Shown here piece after piece: positions 20,012 through 29,388 of a stretch of 64,000 nt of DNA. The notes under the pieces were generated by a model, which was not told where the DNA came from, did no database searches, and worked only from the letters and a program-made list of their open reading frames with translations. Position 1 is the first letter of the stretch. Every line of letters starts with the position of its first letter. The position numbers and the translations under genes are program-made. This DNA is from Bacteroidota bacterium (GTDB lineage: Bacteria; Bacteroidota; Bacteroidia; UKL13-3): assembly GCA_013298895.1 (NCBI GenBank), contig JAAFJM010000015.1, forward strand, positions 7,811 to 71,810, given 5' to 3'.

Positions 20012-21646
20012 ATGAAAAAACCTTTCAATACTTTCTATTTCATTATTTTCAGCTTACTAATAACGCTAAAGGTAAGTAGTCAACCATTTTCAAAACAAGA
20101 TTACCTACACGGAAAACTAACTAAATTGCGTAGCAGTTTTGATGTAAAAATGTATGAAATAACAGTAAAAGTAAATATTGACCAAAAGTACATTTCAGGC
20201 AAAAACGATATTACCTTTTTGGCGATAAGCGATTTAAATAAAATACAAATTGATTTAAAATTACCTATGCAAATAGAAAAAGTGGAAATGGATAATACAC
20301 CACTTTTATACGAGCAAGATAGCAATGCTTATTTTATAAAATTTCCCAATACTATAAAAAAAGGAATCAAAACAACTATAACTGTTTACTTTAAAGGAAA
20401 CCCGCCCGTAGCTAAAAATGCACCTTGGGATGGTGGATTTGTATTCAGTAAAGACAGTGCCAATAAACCTTGGGTTGGCCTGGCCTGTGAGGGTTTGGGT
20501 GCTTATAGCTGGTTACCATGTAAAGACCATTTAAGCGATGAAGCCGAAACAATGATAATGCACCTACAAGTTCCAAATGGTTTATCCGGAGTAAGTAATG
20601 GTAAGCTAATAGGCCGCACTCCCCTGTCCGATGGCTACACGCAATTTGATTGGAAAACAAGTTACCCTATCAACAATTATAATATAACTATTAACATAGC
20701 CGATTATGTGCAAATACAAGATGATTACCGAAGTCCACTAAACGGAATTTTGGTTTTAAATTATTTTGTACTGCGCGAAAATGAACAAAAAGCCAAAGTG
20801 CATTTTAAGCAAGTTAAAGATATGATGGCTTGTTTTGAACGTTTTTTTACACCTTATCCTTTTTGGAACGATGGTTATAAACTGGTTGAAACTCCTTATT
20901 GGGGCATGGAACACCAAAGTTGTGTGGCTTATGGAAACGACTATAAAAACAACCAATGGGGTTTTGATTTTATCATAGTACATGAAAGTGGCCACGAATG
21001 GTTTGGCAATAACTTAAGCATGAAAGACCATGCCGATATGTGGATTCATGAAAGTTTTACTACCTACAGCGAATCAGTATTTGTAGAGTTTAAGCAAGGT
21101 TACGATAAAGCAGTAAAATACTTAAATAGTCAAAGGCATCATATAAAAAATTTGGAGCCAATTATAGCTCCGCGCGATGTATATTTTCATGGTAGAACCG
21201 ATAACGATGTATATTACAAAGGAACATGGATGCTACATACCATGCGCAATATGCTTAACAGCGATACTTGTTGGTTTAACATGTTATACGAATTAAACTA
21301 TGACCTAAAACACCAAACACTTACCAGTGCTGATGTAGAAAATTATATCAGTAAACGCACCCGTTACAATTTTAAACCCTTTTTTAACCAATACTTACGC
21401 AAAACTGCCTTGCCTATTTTTGAATATCAGTTTATAGAAAAAGATGATAAACTAGAACTAAAATATCGCCTAAAAACCGATGTAAGAGGACTAGAAATGC
21501 CAATTAAAGTAATGTTAGGTAAAAACAAATTTGAATACATTATTCCTGCCAGCCATTGGAAAATAGTAGAACTACAATACGCCACCAAAGAAAACTTTAA
21601 GGTAGATATTGATAATTACTTAATAGAGGTGAAAGAGAAAAAATAA
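20012..21646 (+). CDS. M1-family zinc metallopeptidase (aminopeptidase N-like), secreted
   Basis: HESGHEWFGNNLSMKDHADMWIHESFTTY gives HExxH...E. A signal peptide (MKKPFNTFYFIIFSLLITLKVSS) starts at the internal ATG. Confidence 0.75.
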   Translation: MKKPFNTFYFIIFSLLITLKVSSQPFSKQDYLHGKLTKLRSSFDVKMYEITVKVNIDQKYISGKNDITFLAISDLNKIQIDLKLPMQIEKVEMDNTPLLYEQDSNAYFIKFPNTIKKGIKTTITVYFKGNPPVAKNAPWDGGFVFSKDSANKPWVGLACEGLGAYSWLPCKDHLSDEAETMIMHLQVPNGLSGVSNGKLIGRTPLSDGYTQFDWKTSYPINNYNITINIADYVQIQDDYRSPLNGILVLNYFVLRENEQKAKVHFKQVKDMMACFERFFTPYPFWNDGYKLVETPYWGMEHQSCVAYGNDYKNNQWGFDFIIVHESGHEWFGNNLSMKDHADMWIHESFTTYSESVFVEFKQGYDKAVKYLNSQRHHIKNLEPIIAPRDVYFHGRTDNDVYYKGTWMLHTMRNMLNSDTCWFNMLYELNYDLKHQTLTSADVENYISKRTRYNFKPFFNQYLRKTALPIFEYQFIEKDDKLELKYRLKTDVRGLEMPIKVMLGKNKFEYIIPASHWKIVELQYATKENFKVDIDNYLIEVKEKK

Positions 21647-21928
21647 ATCATTCTTTACGGCTAATTTTCATCAAAAGTCGATGATTTGGTAAATTATTAT
21701 AATGCCGTCAACAAAGAAATTTAGAAAATAGCCCTGTTGATTTAATCAATTAGTTTCGCCACATATTTTGCAAATTACTGAGAATAACCAAAATGAAATT
21801 GAAGTTTTATTGATACAAATTTGATGAAAATTTCAATAAAATCGGTGTTGGCTAGCATGCCACCATCGGCTTCATCAAATTACATTTAAAATAAACAATT
21901 TAAAGTGCTAAGTTTGAAATTGAGTTAA

Positions 21929-22321
21929 TTGATCAGTTACAAAACAATTATACCACCTATTAGAAAAATGGAAAGAATAAGAACTAATTTTTTTTTGATA
22001 TTACTAACATGTATTGGTTTATTTTATTATTTACATGATTTAGGTAAAAATGGTTGTGATGGTGGATTATGTCTTTTACCAATATTCTTTCAAGGAATTC
22101 CATTTTTGATTAACGCACTTTTTTCAATAATAGCTGTTAACAAGTTTTATGTAAAGAAAAATAGTTTTTGGGTATTTGTAATTATTTCCTTAATTAATAA
22201 TATCTTAATTCAGTCTATAGGATATAGTTTTGAGAAAATAGATTTACCGATTATTACAATAATGGTATTAAATATTATTTTGATCATTTTAAAACTTAAA
22301 TCCGCTAAGAATAGTGAGTAA
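21929..22321 (+). CDS. hypothetical small membrane protein
   Basis: Three hydrophobic helices. The start may be the Met at 21968. I recognise no conserved motif. Confidence 0.3.
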   Translation: MISYKTIIPPIRKMERIRTNFFLILLTCIGLFYYLHDLGKNGCDGGLCLLPIFFQGIPFLINALFSIIAVNKFYVKKNSFWVFVIISLINNILIQSIGYSFEKIDLPIITIMVLNIILIILKLKSAKNSE

Positions 22322-22334
22322 ATTTTTTTATTTA

Positions 22335-22463
22335 TTTTAACCGCAAAGGACACAAATATTTTCGCAAAGAACGCTAAGGAAAGAAGCCACAGATTGAGCA
22401 AATAACACAGCTTTTTTTGTTTAACCGCAAAGGACGCAAAGATTTTCGCAAAGAACGCAAAGG
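22335..22463. repeat. Two ~45-bp direct repeats (TTAACCGCAAAGGACRCAAAKATTTTCGCAAAGAACGCWAAGG), each built from three CGCAAAG sub-units and spaced 84 bp apart
   Basis: Copy 1 is 22335..22380 and copy 2 is 22419..22463, directly upstream of the gene at 22495. The minus-strand ORF 22210..22491 just translates the repeats as FAKIFASFAVK twice. Confidence 0.6.
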
Positions 22464-22494
22464 TTTTTGATGCTAGAAGTAAATCACTCACAAC

Positions 22495-23052
22495 ATGAAA
22501 AAACTAATTACAACTATTTTCTTAGGTTTAGCTTTAGCTTTGATGGGTGAAATACTCGCTTTTTATGTTTATTCAAATATTGATCATGGAGGAATTCTTA
22601 ATGGACTTATCGGTATAACTGCTTTTTTTAGCATTTTCTTTGGAACAATTATAATATCAATTTATCATGAAGAATACATAAAGAAGAATGTCCGTTTTAA
22701 AACAAAAAGTAATTATCTAAACTTTTTAATCGGTAGTACTTTATTTATAATTTTTAAACTCCCATTTGTTTTGGCTATTATGACCTTCTATCATTTTACT
22801 GGAAATTATCATTACAATCAACTAAAGCAGTTTGGTATTGTAAAAACTGTATTTATTGAATCGGAAATTACAGGTAAAAATAGTCGACATGACATGTGCT
22901 TTCAATTTAGCCATAATGGTAAGCTTTGGGAAGGCATGTTGGATGCTTGGCAATATCAAGTTGGCGATTCAGCACAAATTATTTACTCAAGTCAAAATCC
23001 TAACGAAACAGAATGGTATATTAAATATCTTGAAGATAAAGAGAATAAATAA
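22495..23052 (+). CDS. membrane protein with a C-terminal DUF3592-like domain
   Basis: An N-terminal TM pair is followed by a C-terminal beta-rich domain (GIVKTVFIESEITGKNSRHDMCFQFSHNGKLWEGM...YQVGDSAQIIYSSQNP) resembling DUF3592. Confidence 0.4.
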   Translation: MKKLITTIFLGLALALMGEILAFYVYSNIDHGGILNGLIGITAFFSIFFGTIIISIYHEEYIKKNVRFKTKSNYLNFLIGSTLFIIFKLPFVLAIMTFYHFTGNYHYNQLKQFGIVKTVFIESEITGKNSRHDMCFQFSHNGKLWEGMLDAWQYQVGDSAQIIYSSQNPNETEWYIKYLEDKENK

Positions 23053-23095
23053 CATTCATTAAACTTGTTATTCATCCAACACAAAAATTCCTTAA

Positions 23096-23127
23096 AGCAA
23101 AAAGATGTTGGCAGTTAAGCCAACATA
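23096..23127 (-). terminator. Rho-independent terminator, minus strand
   Basis: On the reverse strand it reads ATGTTGGC TTAACT GCCAACAT CTTTTT, downstream of 23172..24365. Confidence 0.5.
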
Positions 23128-23171
23128 AATATCAAATTCATCTGTACAATCTGTGAAATCTGTGGCTAATA

Positions 23172-24365
23172 CTATTTATTTTCCCAAAAACGATATTGTT
23201 TGGTTTCGTTAAATATAAAAGTCAAAATATTTTTATCGTCTTCTGTTAATTCTACGTTTCTGCGTTTATAAACTGCTTCGGCTGTTTTAAAAAACTTATT
23301 GATTACAAATGTTTCAAAACCTTGTGCGCCACCCCAAGCAAAATCAGGAATGAAGTTTCGAGGAAAACCTGCGCCAAACACATTTGCGCCCACTCCTACC
23401 ACCGTTCCTGTGTTAAACATGCTATTAATGCCACATTTTGCATGATCGGCCATTATTAAGCCGCAAAACGTTAAGCCAGTTTTTTCAAACTTTTGTTTAT
23501 CGTAATTCCAAAGTTTTACTTCATCGTAAGTATTTTTAAGGTTTGAGTTATTGGTATCGGCACCCATATTTACCCACTCGCCAATTACAGCATTGCCCAC
23601 AAACCCATCATGACCTTTATTGCTGTAAGCAAAAAACACCGCATTACTAACCTCGCCACCTACTTTGCAATAAGGACCAACAGTAGTTCCACCGTAAATT
23701 TTAGCATCCATTTTTAAACCAGCATGTTCGCACAAAGCAAAAGGCCCGCGTATTTTGCAGCCTTCCATTACTTCGGCATCAGCCGCTATATAAATTGGCC
23801 CACCCGAAGCATTTAAAATACTGCATTCTACAATAGCGCCTTCTTCTAAAAATACATTTTCGGGTTTTATAACTTGGTTGGTACTTGAAATAGGTTGCGA
23901 TTTACGACCCGCAGTTAATAATTTAAAATCATCTTCAATACCTTTGGCATTGTTCGAAAAAATATCTTGAGGAAATTTGATATGAATAAAATCCTCCGCT
24001 TTGGTTTCAATTAATTCAAACTGCGTAGTAATATTGGCAATATCAACAAACAAAGCACTATTAAATGCAATAATTACATTGTTTTTATAAAGCGCTTGTC
24101 CTTTGGTTAAACTACTAATTTCATTTACTAAAACCTCTGTAGGACAAATACTTCCATTCACAAAAATATTTTCAGCTTCCAAAGTTATAGGAAACTTGTT
24201 TTGCAAATAATCCATTGTTAAATACGAAACATTGGTTTTTAAATGCTTTTCCCATTTTTGAGCAATGGTTAAAATACCACACCTAACATTGGCCACAGGC
24301 CTAGTAAAAGTTAATGGTAACAGATTCTGTCTATCGGTAGGGTTATCGAATAAAATGTAATTCAT
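23172..24365 (-). CDS. GlmU-like sugar-phosphate nucleotidyltransferase with a left-handed beta-helix (putative nucleotidyltransferase/acyltransferase)
   Basis: The N-terminal nucleotidyltransferase-like region (MNYILFDNPTDRQNLLPLTFTRPVANVRCGILTI) and the C-terminal hexapeptide-repeat region (GEVSNAVFFAYSNKGHDGFVGNAVIGEWVNMGADTNNSNL) fit the 'GlmU family protein' common in Flavobacteriia. Confidence 0.5.
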   Translation of the reverse strand: MNYILFDNPTDRQNLLPLTFTRPVANVRCGILTIAQKWEKHLKTNVSYLTMDYLQNKFPITLEAENIFVNGSICPTEVLVNEISSLTKGQALYKNNVIIAFNSALFVDIANITTQFELIETKAEDFIHIKFPQDIFSNNAKGIEDDFKLLTAGRKSQPISSTNQVIKPENVFLEEGAIVECSILNASGGPIYIAADAEVMEGCKIRGPFALCEHAGLKMDAKIYGGTTVGPYCKVGGEVSNAVFFAYSNKGHDGFVGNAVIGEWVNMGADTNNSNLKNTYDEVKLWNYDKQKFEKTGLTFCGLIMADHAKCGINSMFNTGTVVGVGANVFGAGFPRNFIPDFAWGGAQGFETFVINKFFKTAEAVYKRRNVELTEDDKNILTFIFNETKQYRFWENK

Positions 24366-24407
24366 TTGGTAAAATTTTTTATAAAATAAAACTGCAATTA
24401 GCTAAAA

Positions 24408-24440
24408 ATAAAAAAGCCTTCCAAATGGAAGGCTTTAAAT
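24408..24440 (-). terminator. Rho-independent terminator after rpmE2
   Basis: On the minus strand it reads AAGCCTTCC ATTT GGAAGGCTT TTTTATTTTT. Confidence 0.6.
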
Positions 24441-24457
24441 ATTTGTAAACAAAAAAA

Positions 24458-24706
24458 TTATTTTTTTGCGTAACGTTTGTTGAATTTATCAATACGACCT
24501 GCTGTATCGATTAACATACTTTGGCCTGTAAAAAACGGATGTGATTTGTAAGAAATCTCTAATTTGAATAGAGGATATTCAATTCCATCTTCCAATGTAA
24601 TTGTATCTTTAGTATCTACTGTTGAACCAGTTACAAAAGTATATCCGTTACTCATATCTTTAAATGCAACTTTTCTATAATTTTCTGGATGAATTCCTGC
24701 TTTCAT
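24458..24706 (-). CDS. rpmE2: 50S ribosomal protein L31 type B
   Basis: [29 protein letters not shown]...[15 protein letters not shown]. Start trimmed to the ATG at 24706. Confidence 0.8.
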   Translation of the reverse strand: MKAGIHPENYRKVAFKDMSNGYTFVTGSTVDTKDTITLEDGIEYPLFKLEISYKSHPFFTGQSMLIDTAGRIDKFNKRYAKK

Positions 24707-24870
24707 TTTATTTATTATTTTGGAGTGCAAAAGTAATTTATTTTGAAATAAATGCAAATATATTCGAGAAAAATATTTTTATTTTATCATAAAATAATCC
24801 AAAAGCATTGTAAAATCTATTCGGAAAGCTTTTAATAATAAATATATTTGCCCAATAATTTTTTATAAAA

Positions 24871-25368
24871 GTGAAAACAAAAGTACTCAATCATTCAGAC
24901 ATTGAAAAAATTATTAAGCGTATGGCTTACCAAATTTATGAAAATAATTTTGGAGACAAACACATTACGTTTGTTGGCATTAGCTCGCGCGGATATGAAA
25001 TTGCTAAATTATTGCAAGCTGAATTAGATATAATTAGTAATTTAAAATCGAATTTGCTTGAAATTACCATTGATAAGGAAGCACCATCTATTGAAAATAC
25101 AGTAATTAAACCAGTCAAATTTGAGGTAAAAGGCACTGTAGTAATTATTGACGATGTGTTAAACACTGGCCGCACTTTGGTTTATGCTGCGTTGCCATTT
25201 TTAAATTATAAATTAAGTAAATTACAAGTTGCAGTATTGGTTGATAGAAACCATAAAAAATTCCCTATAGCTGCCGATTATACTGGCATTCAGCTTAACA
25301 CTACTTTTCAAGAGCATGTAAGTGTGGAGCAAAATAAAAAGAAACAATTTGAAGTTTACTTACAGTAA
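24871..25368 (+). CDS. phosphoribosyltransferase-family protein (PyrR-like)
   Basis: It has the PRPP-binding motif VVIIDDVLNTGRTL at about 165 aa and uses a GTG start. Confidence 0.55.
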   Translation: MKTKVLNHSDIEKIIKRMAYQIYENNFGDKHITFVGISSRGYEIAKLLQAELDIISNLKSNLLEITIDKEAPSIENTVIKPVKFEVKGTVVIIDDVLNTGRTLVYAALPFLNYKLSKLQVAVLVDRNHKKFPIAADYTGIQLNTTFQEHVSVEQNKKKQFEVYLQ

Positions 25369-25400
25369 GGTGAAAAAAAAAATTTAAATTTATTAAACAA

Positions 25401-25432
25401 AAAAGGCTGTTCAAATGAACAGCCTTTTTAAT
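25401..25432. terminator. Bidirectional Rho-independent terminator
   Basis: AAAGGCTGTTCA AA TGAACAGCCTTT flanked by A-run and T-run, between the convergent 24871..25368 (+) and hup (-). Confidence 0.7.
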
Positions 25433-25457
25433 TTCTTTGCTACAATAGCTCGTTAAA

Positions 25458-25730
25458 TTACTTAACTTTAGCTTGTAAGTTAGCACCAGCTTTGAACTTA
25501 ACAACCTTTTTAGCAGGAATGTTAATTTCTTTACCAGTTTGAGGATTACGTCCTTTACGAGCAGCACGTTTAGTTACCGAAAAGGTTCCAAAACCTACTA
25601 AAATTACTTTGTCGTTTTTCTTCAATGCTCCTTGAGTTGATAACATAAATGCATCTAAAGAAGCAGCAGCTTGAACTTTAGTAATACCGGCAGCTTTTGC
25701 CATTGAATCGATTAAGTCTGATTTGTTCAT
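25458..25730 (-). CDS. hup: DNA-binding protein HU
   Basis: MNKSDLIDSMAKAAGITKVQAAASLDAF...GFGTFSVTKRAARKGRNPQTGKEINIPAKKVVKFKAG is a classic HU/IHF fold sequence. Confidence 0.85.
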   Translation of the reverse strand: MNKSDLIDSMAKAAGITKVQAAASLDAFMLSTQGALKKNDKVILVGFGTFSVTKRAARKGRNPQTGKEINIPAKKVVKFKAGANLQAKVK

Positions 25731-25872
25731 ATATTATATTTAAAAATTTTTGCATAACGAAAGTAGTTATACTATTTAAAAAATCAAGTGTTGTGCCAAA
25801 TTTTTCAAAAAAAATACAAAATTAAATTTTCACACATTATCAACAAAAAGCAAGGATTAGTTATATTTAATA

Positions 25873-26373
25873 CTAAAAACCATATGTTAAAATTAGCTGA
25901 GACGCTTTATTTACAAAGGTTTGCACTGATTCTTGTGGTACACCAAAAGTGTATTTTGCTTGGCTATAATAGTCTTTTCTTTTAATCAATAATTCATCTA
26001 TTTTTACTTCAATTTCGGGCTTTAAAAGGTTAAAGAACAATGGTCTCTGCTTCTTTGCATTCAAAATTCTATCTACCAAAATACCTTTATTGGCATTTAT
26101 GTAAATAGTTATGCCTGTATTATTCATCAATTGCATGTTGGTAAAATAACAAGGACAACCTCCGCCAGTACTCACTAAAACATGGCTTAAAAGTGATGTT
26201 TCAAGTAAACATTTCTGCTCTATATCTCTAAAATATTCTTCACCTTTTTGTTCAAAAATATTTTCAATACTCATACCTGTTGTTTTTTCAATCATATCAT
26301 CAAGATCAATAAACGAGTATTTTAAGGCATTGGCAAGCTTTTTACCCCAAGTACTTTTACCTGAACCTGGCAT
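25873..26373 (-). CDS. aroK: shikimate kinase. The first ATG is at 26373, but the conserved N-terminus extends in-frame upstream to about 26421.
   Basis: Walker A GMPGSGKST, WGKKLA, LVSTGGG. The upstream in-frame codons encode ...IKNQRVYIIG, the usual beta-1 strand, but there is no in-frame ATG, GTG or TTG. Confidence 0.7.
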   Translation of the reverse strand: MPGSGKSTWGKKLANALKYSFIDLDDMIEKTTGMSIENIFEQKGEEYFRDIEQKCLLETSLLSHVLVSTGGGCPCYFTNMQLMNNTGITIYINANKGILVDRILNAKKQRPLFFNLLKPEIEVKIDELLIKRKDYYSQAKYTFGVPQESVQTFVNKASQLILTYGF

Positions 26374-26503
26374 GCCGATTATATATACTCTTTGATTTTT
26401 GATAACAGCTTCTTGAATTATGAATGGTGAATTATGAATTTTGAATGCGTTTGAAAGTAACTACTTTAATATACTAATTACCAATAAACTGAATAACTAA
26501 TAA

Positions 26504-27616
26504 TTATTGCATGTAACGCATTACAATATCGTAGGTTGGGAAGTTATAAGCACTCCATTTTTTTACAACCACTCCACCTTTCATTAATATCAATCCTGGG
26601 TTTGAGCGAACCATTGATTTTAAAGGAACTGCATCTACTGTATAATAATTAAATGCCAATTGATTTTGATGGCGATAAGCTTCTAAAGTTTCAGCCGAAG
26701 TAGCAGTTAAAGCCCAAAATTCTTTGCAATCTTTTTTACAATCATCGGCTAATAAAGCTATTTGTTTTTCTAAGCCTTTGCGCCCTTCAGTTACTGATTT
26801 TTGAACCAACACAAGCTTATATCCTTTGTTAGCAAATAAACTATCAGTATAGTTTAAACCATCGGTATTGGTAAGGCTAAAGTCGTGAATAGGCGGCTTG
26901 CAACCTTCGCGCACTACTTTATCAATTCTATCTACAAATTTATAGTTGGTATCGTTTGGAATATGGTTAACATCAAACTCTTCTTTTACGCCATTTTTTT
27001 CGTAAATAAACATCATAACTACTGAATCAACTGGGGAACCCGGAGGGCAAACCATTTTTTCAGGAATATTATTGCCAACTTTATAAGGTAAAAAATCTTT
27101 TACTGGTAAAAACATATAAGTGTAAAAAGTAAAGAATGTTACCACTAAAAATGCTACGGAAAGAGCAATATTTTGTAAGGTAAATTTCATCAAAGGTTTT
27201 AAGTGTTTTTGTCCAAAGAAAATGAATAAAATAAACACCAATAAAATCAAATCTTTATAGAACGACTCGACAGGTTTTAACTTAATGGCATCGCCAAAGC
27301 AACCGCAATCGGTAACTTTATGTGTAATGGCTGAATAACCCGTTAAAAGTGTAAAAAACACTATCATTAATAACAATAACCATGCATTTAGTTTGTTAAA
27401 AGCACCTAGCAATAATGCTACACCACTAATAATTTCGAAAATACATATAAACATGGCCAAAGCCACTGCATAAGGAATAAAAATTGGCATGTTAAATACC
27501 TCAAAGTATTCTTCTAATTTATAACTAAAACCTATGGTATCATTGGCCTTAATTAATCCTGAAATAATAAATAATACGCCTACAAATACTCGGCTAATTT
27601 GTGTTATAATTTTCAT
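26504..27616 (-). CDS. BT_3928-like membrane protein (DoxX/MauE-like N-terminal domain with CGCFGD motif + C-terminal thioredoxin-like domain)
   Basis: An N-terminal 4-TM region carries VTDCGCFGD. The C-terminal region is soluble. Confidence 0.55.
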   Translation of the reverse strand: MKIITQISRVFVGVLFIISGLIKANDTIGFSYKLEEYFEVFNMPIFIPYAVALAMFICIFEIISGVALLLGAFNKLNAWLLLLMIVFFTLLTGYSAITHKVTDCGCFGDAIKLKPVESFYKDLILLVFILFIFFGQKHLKPLMKFTLQNIALSVAFLVVTFFTFYTYMFLPVKDFLPYKVGNNIPEKMVCPPGSPVDSVVMMFIYEKNGVKEEFDVNHIPNDTNYKFVDRIDKVVREGCKPPIHDFSLTNTDGLNYTDSLFANKGYKLVLVQKSVTEGRKGLEKQIALLADDCKKDCKEFWALTATSAETLEAYRHQNQLAFNYYTVDAVPLKSMVRSNPGLILMKGGVVVKKWSAYNFPTYDIVMRYMQ

Positions 27617-27797
27617 GTGTTTATATTGTTGAACTGTTGGATTGTTTAATTGCTTAATTGTTGAACTGTTTAATTGTTGTATTGTTTGATATCTTTTTTA
27701 AACTTATCAAAACATTGCTTAACTGCTTAATTATTTTATTATCTATTGCATTATGTTTAAAACCATTTACCAAAAGCTAGTAGCTAGCGGCCAGAAG

Positions 27798-28340
27798 CTA
27801 ATTGTTAGGAGCTAACTTTATCAACGCAAAAACAGAATAATTTATCATATCCATTAGGTTACTATCAATTCCTTCGCTGGCTATGGTTTTTCCTTTATTA
27901 TCTAAAATTTGTTTCATACGTTGAATACGCATTAGCAACATATCGGTAAAAGTTGTAACCAACATATCGCGCCAAACTTCGCCATAATCGTGGTTTTTTT
28001 CTTCCATTAAGGTTTTGGTTTGTGATACATATTTATCGTAAAGCATAGCAATGGTTTCTTGTGGTAAATCCATTTGTTTGTTATCAACCAATTCTAATTG
28101 AATTAAGCCCATAATACAATAATTAATAATGCCCATAAACTCAGGTTCAATACCCTCGTTTACCTTCATGGTTCCATTATCTTCAATAGTTCTAATACGG
28201 TTAGCTTTTATATAAATTTGGTCTATAATACTACTAATACGCATTATGCGCCATGATGTTCCATAATCTGCATTTTTATTTATAAATACTGCTCTACATT
28301 TCTGTATTACAGCATCGTATTGAGTTGAAGTTTTGCTCAT
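27798..28340 (-). CDS. DUF1599 domain-containing protein
   Basis: A 180-aa internally duplicated protein (NADYGTSWR / NHDYGEVWR) found in its usual position divergent from folP. Confidence 0.55.
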   Translation of the reverse strand: MSKTSTQYDAVIQKCRAVFINKNADYGTSWRIMRISSIIDQIYIKANRIRTIEDNGTMKVNEGIEPEFMGIINYCIMGLIQLELVDNKQMDLPQETIAMLYDKYVSQTKTLMEEKNHDYGEVWRDMLVTTFTDMLLMRIQRMKQILDNKGKTIASEGIDSNLMDMINYSVFALIKLAPNN

Positions 28341-28407
28341 TCTGTTTTTTAAAAATTATTTATAAAACCTATTTTTATATTGCGCAAAATTAAACCTACA
28401 TCTCACA

Positions 28408-29259
28408 TTGCAAACATTTAAATCTAAAAAATATATTAATTGTAAAGGAAAATTGGTAAACCTTGAAAAACCTGCTGTAATGGGCATTTTAAATATTACC
28501 AACGATAGTTTTTTTGATGGAGGCAAACACAATTCGGTTGATAATGCGCTTTTTCAAACTGAAAAAATGCTGAACGAAGGTGCCACTTTTATTGATGTTG
28601 GAGCACAATCTACTAGGCCAGGAGCTGATATGATAGGTCAAGAAGCCGAATTAAAAGCCGCTATTCCTGTAATTGAAAAACTAGTTAAAAAATTTCCTGA
28701 AATTATTATCTCCATTGATACTTTTAGAGCAGAAGTAGCCAAGCAAGCCATAGCCGCAGGTGCTTCAATGATTAACGATGTATCTGGCGGAGAAGACGAC
28801 CCAAAAATGTTTGAAACTGTAATTAACTTAAAAGTGCCTTACATATTAATGCACAAACAAGGCGATTATAAAACCATGCACCATAACCCTACTTATCAAA
28901 ATGTAGTTACTGATATTATGAACTATTTTATTCCAAAAGTGGAGTATTTAAAGCAAAATGGAGTAGCTGATTTAATTTTAGATTTGGGTTTTGGATTTGG
29001 CAAAAATTTGGAGCATAATTACGAATTGCTTATTAAAATGGATAGATTCAAAATATTTGAATTGCCTATTTTAGTAGGAGTTTCGCGCAAAAAAATGATT
29101 CAAAATATAATCGAAGCTGATGCACAACAAGCACTTAACGGCACAACTGTAGTTAATACTATAGCCTTGATGAAAGGAGCTAAAATACTGCGTGTTCATG
29201 ATGTAAAAGAAGCGGTTGAGGCAGTAAAGATAATGATGCAGTGTAATGTTGAATTATGA
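28408..29259 (+). CDS. folP: dihydropteroate synthase
   Basis: INCKGKLVNLEKPAVMGILNITNDSFFDGG, GATFIDVGAQSTRPGA and a Pterin-binding domain. TTG start. Confidence 0.85.
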   Translation: MQTFKSKKYINCKGKLVNLEKPAVMGILNITNDSFFDGGKHNSVDNALFQTEKMLNEGATFIDVGAQSTRPGADMIGQEAELKAAIPVIEKLVKKFPEIIISIDTFRAEVAKQAIAAGASMINDVSGGEDDPKMFETVINLKVPYILMHKQGDYKTMHHNPTYQNVVTDIMNYFIPKVEYLKQNGVADLILDLGFGFGKNLEHNYELLIKMDRFKIFELPILVGVSRKKMIQNIIEADAQQALNGTTVVNTIALMKGAKILRVHDVKEAVEAVKIMMQCNVEL

Positions 29260-29300
29260 ATTATGAATGTTGAATTGTAAATTGCTCAACTAATTTTCAA

Positions 29301-29363
29301 TCACAAATCACAAATCACAAATCACAAATCACAAATCACAAATCACAAATCACAAATCACAAA
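29301..29363. repeat. Perfect heptanucleotide microsatellite (TCACAAA)x9
   Basis: 63 bp with no mismatches, 25 bp upstream of the cdaA start codon and 42 bp downstream of the folP stop. Confidence 0.95.
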
Positions 29364-29388
29364 ATTGAAAAATCTCTAAATTAACTAA

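Noticed and set aside
22210-22491. 93-aa minus-strand ORF covering the CGCAAAG repeats
   Set aside because: Its translation simply repeats FAKIF(A/V)SFAVK because it reads through the two direct repeats. It is a repeat artefact and not a gene.
29301-29363. Possible CRISPR array
   Set aside because: This is a 7-bp unit with no spacers. It is a microsatellite and not a CRISPR. I saw no repeat-spacer architecture anywhere in the window.
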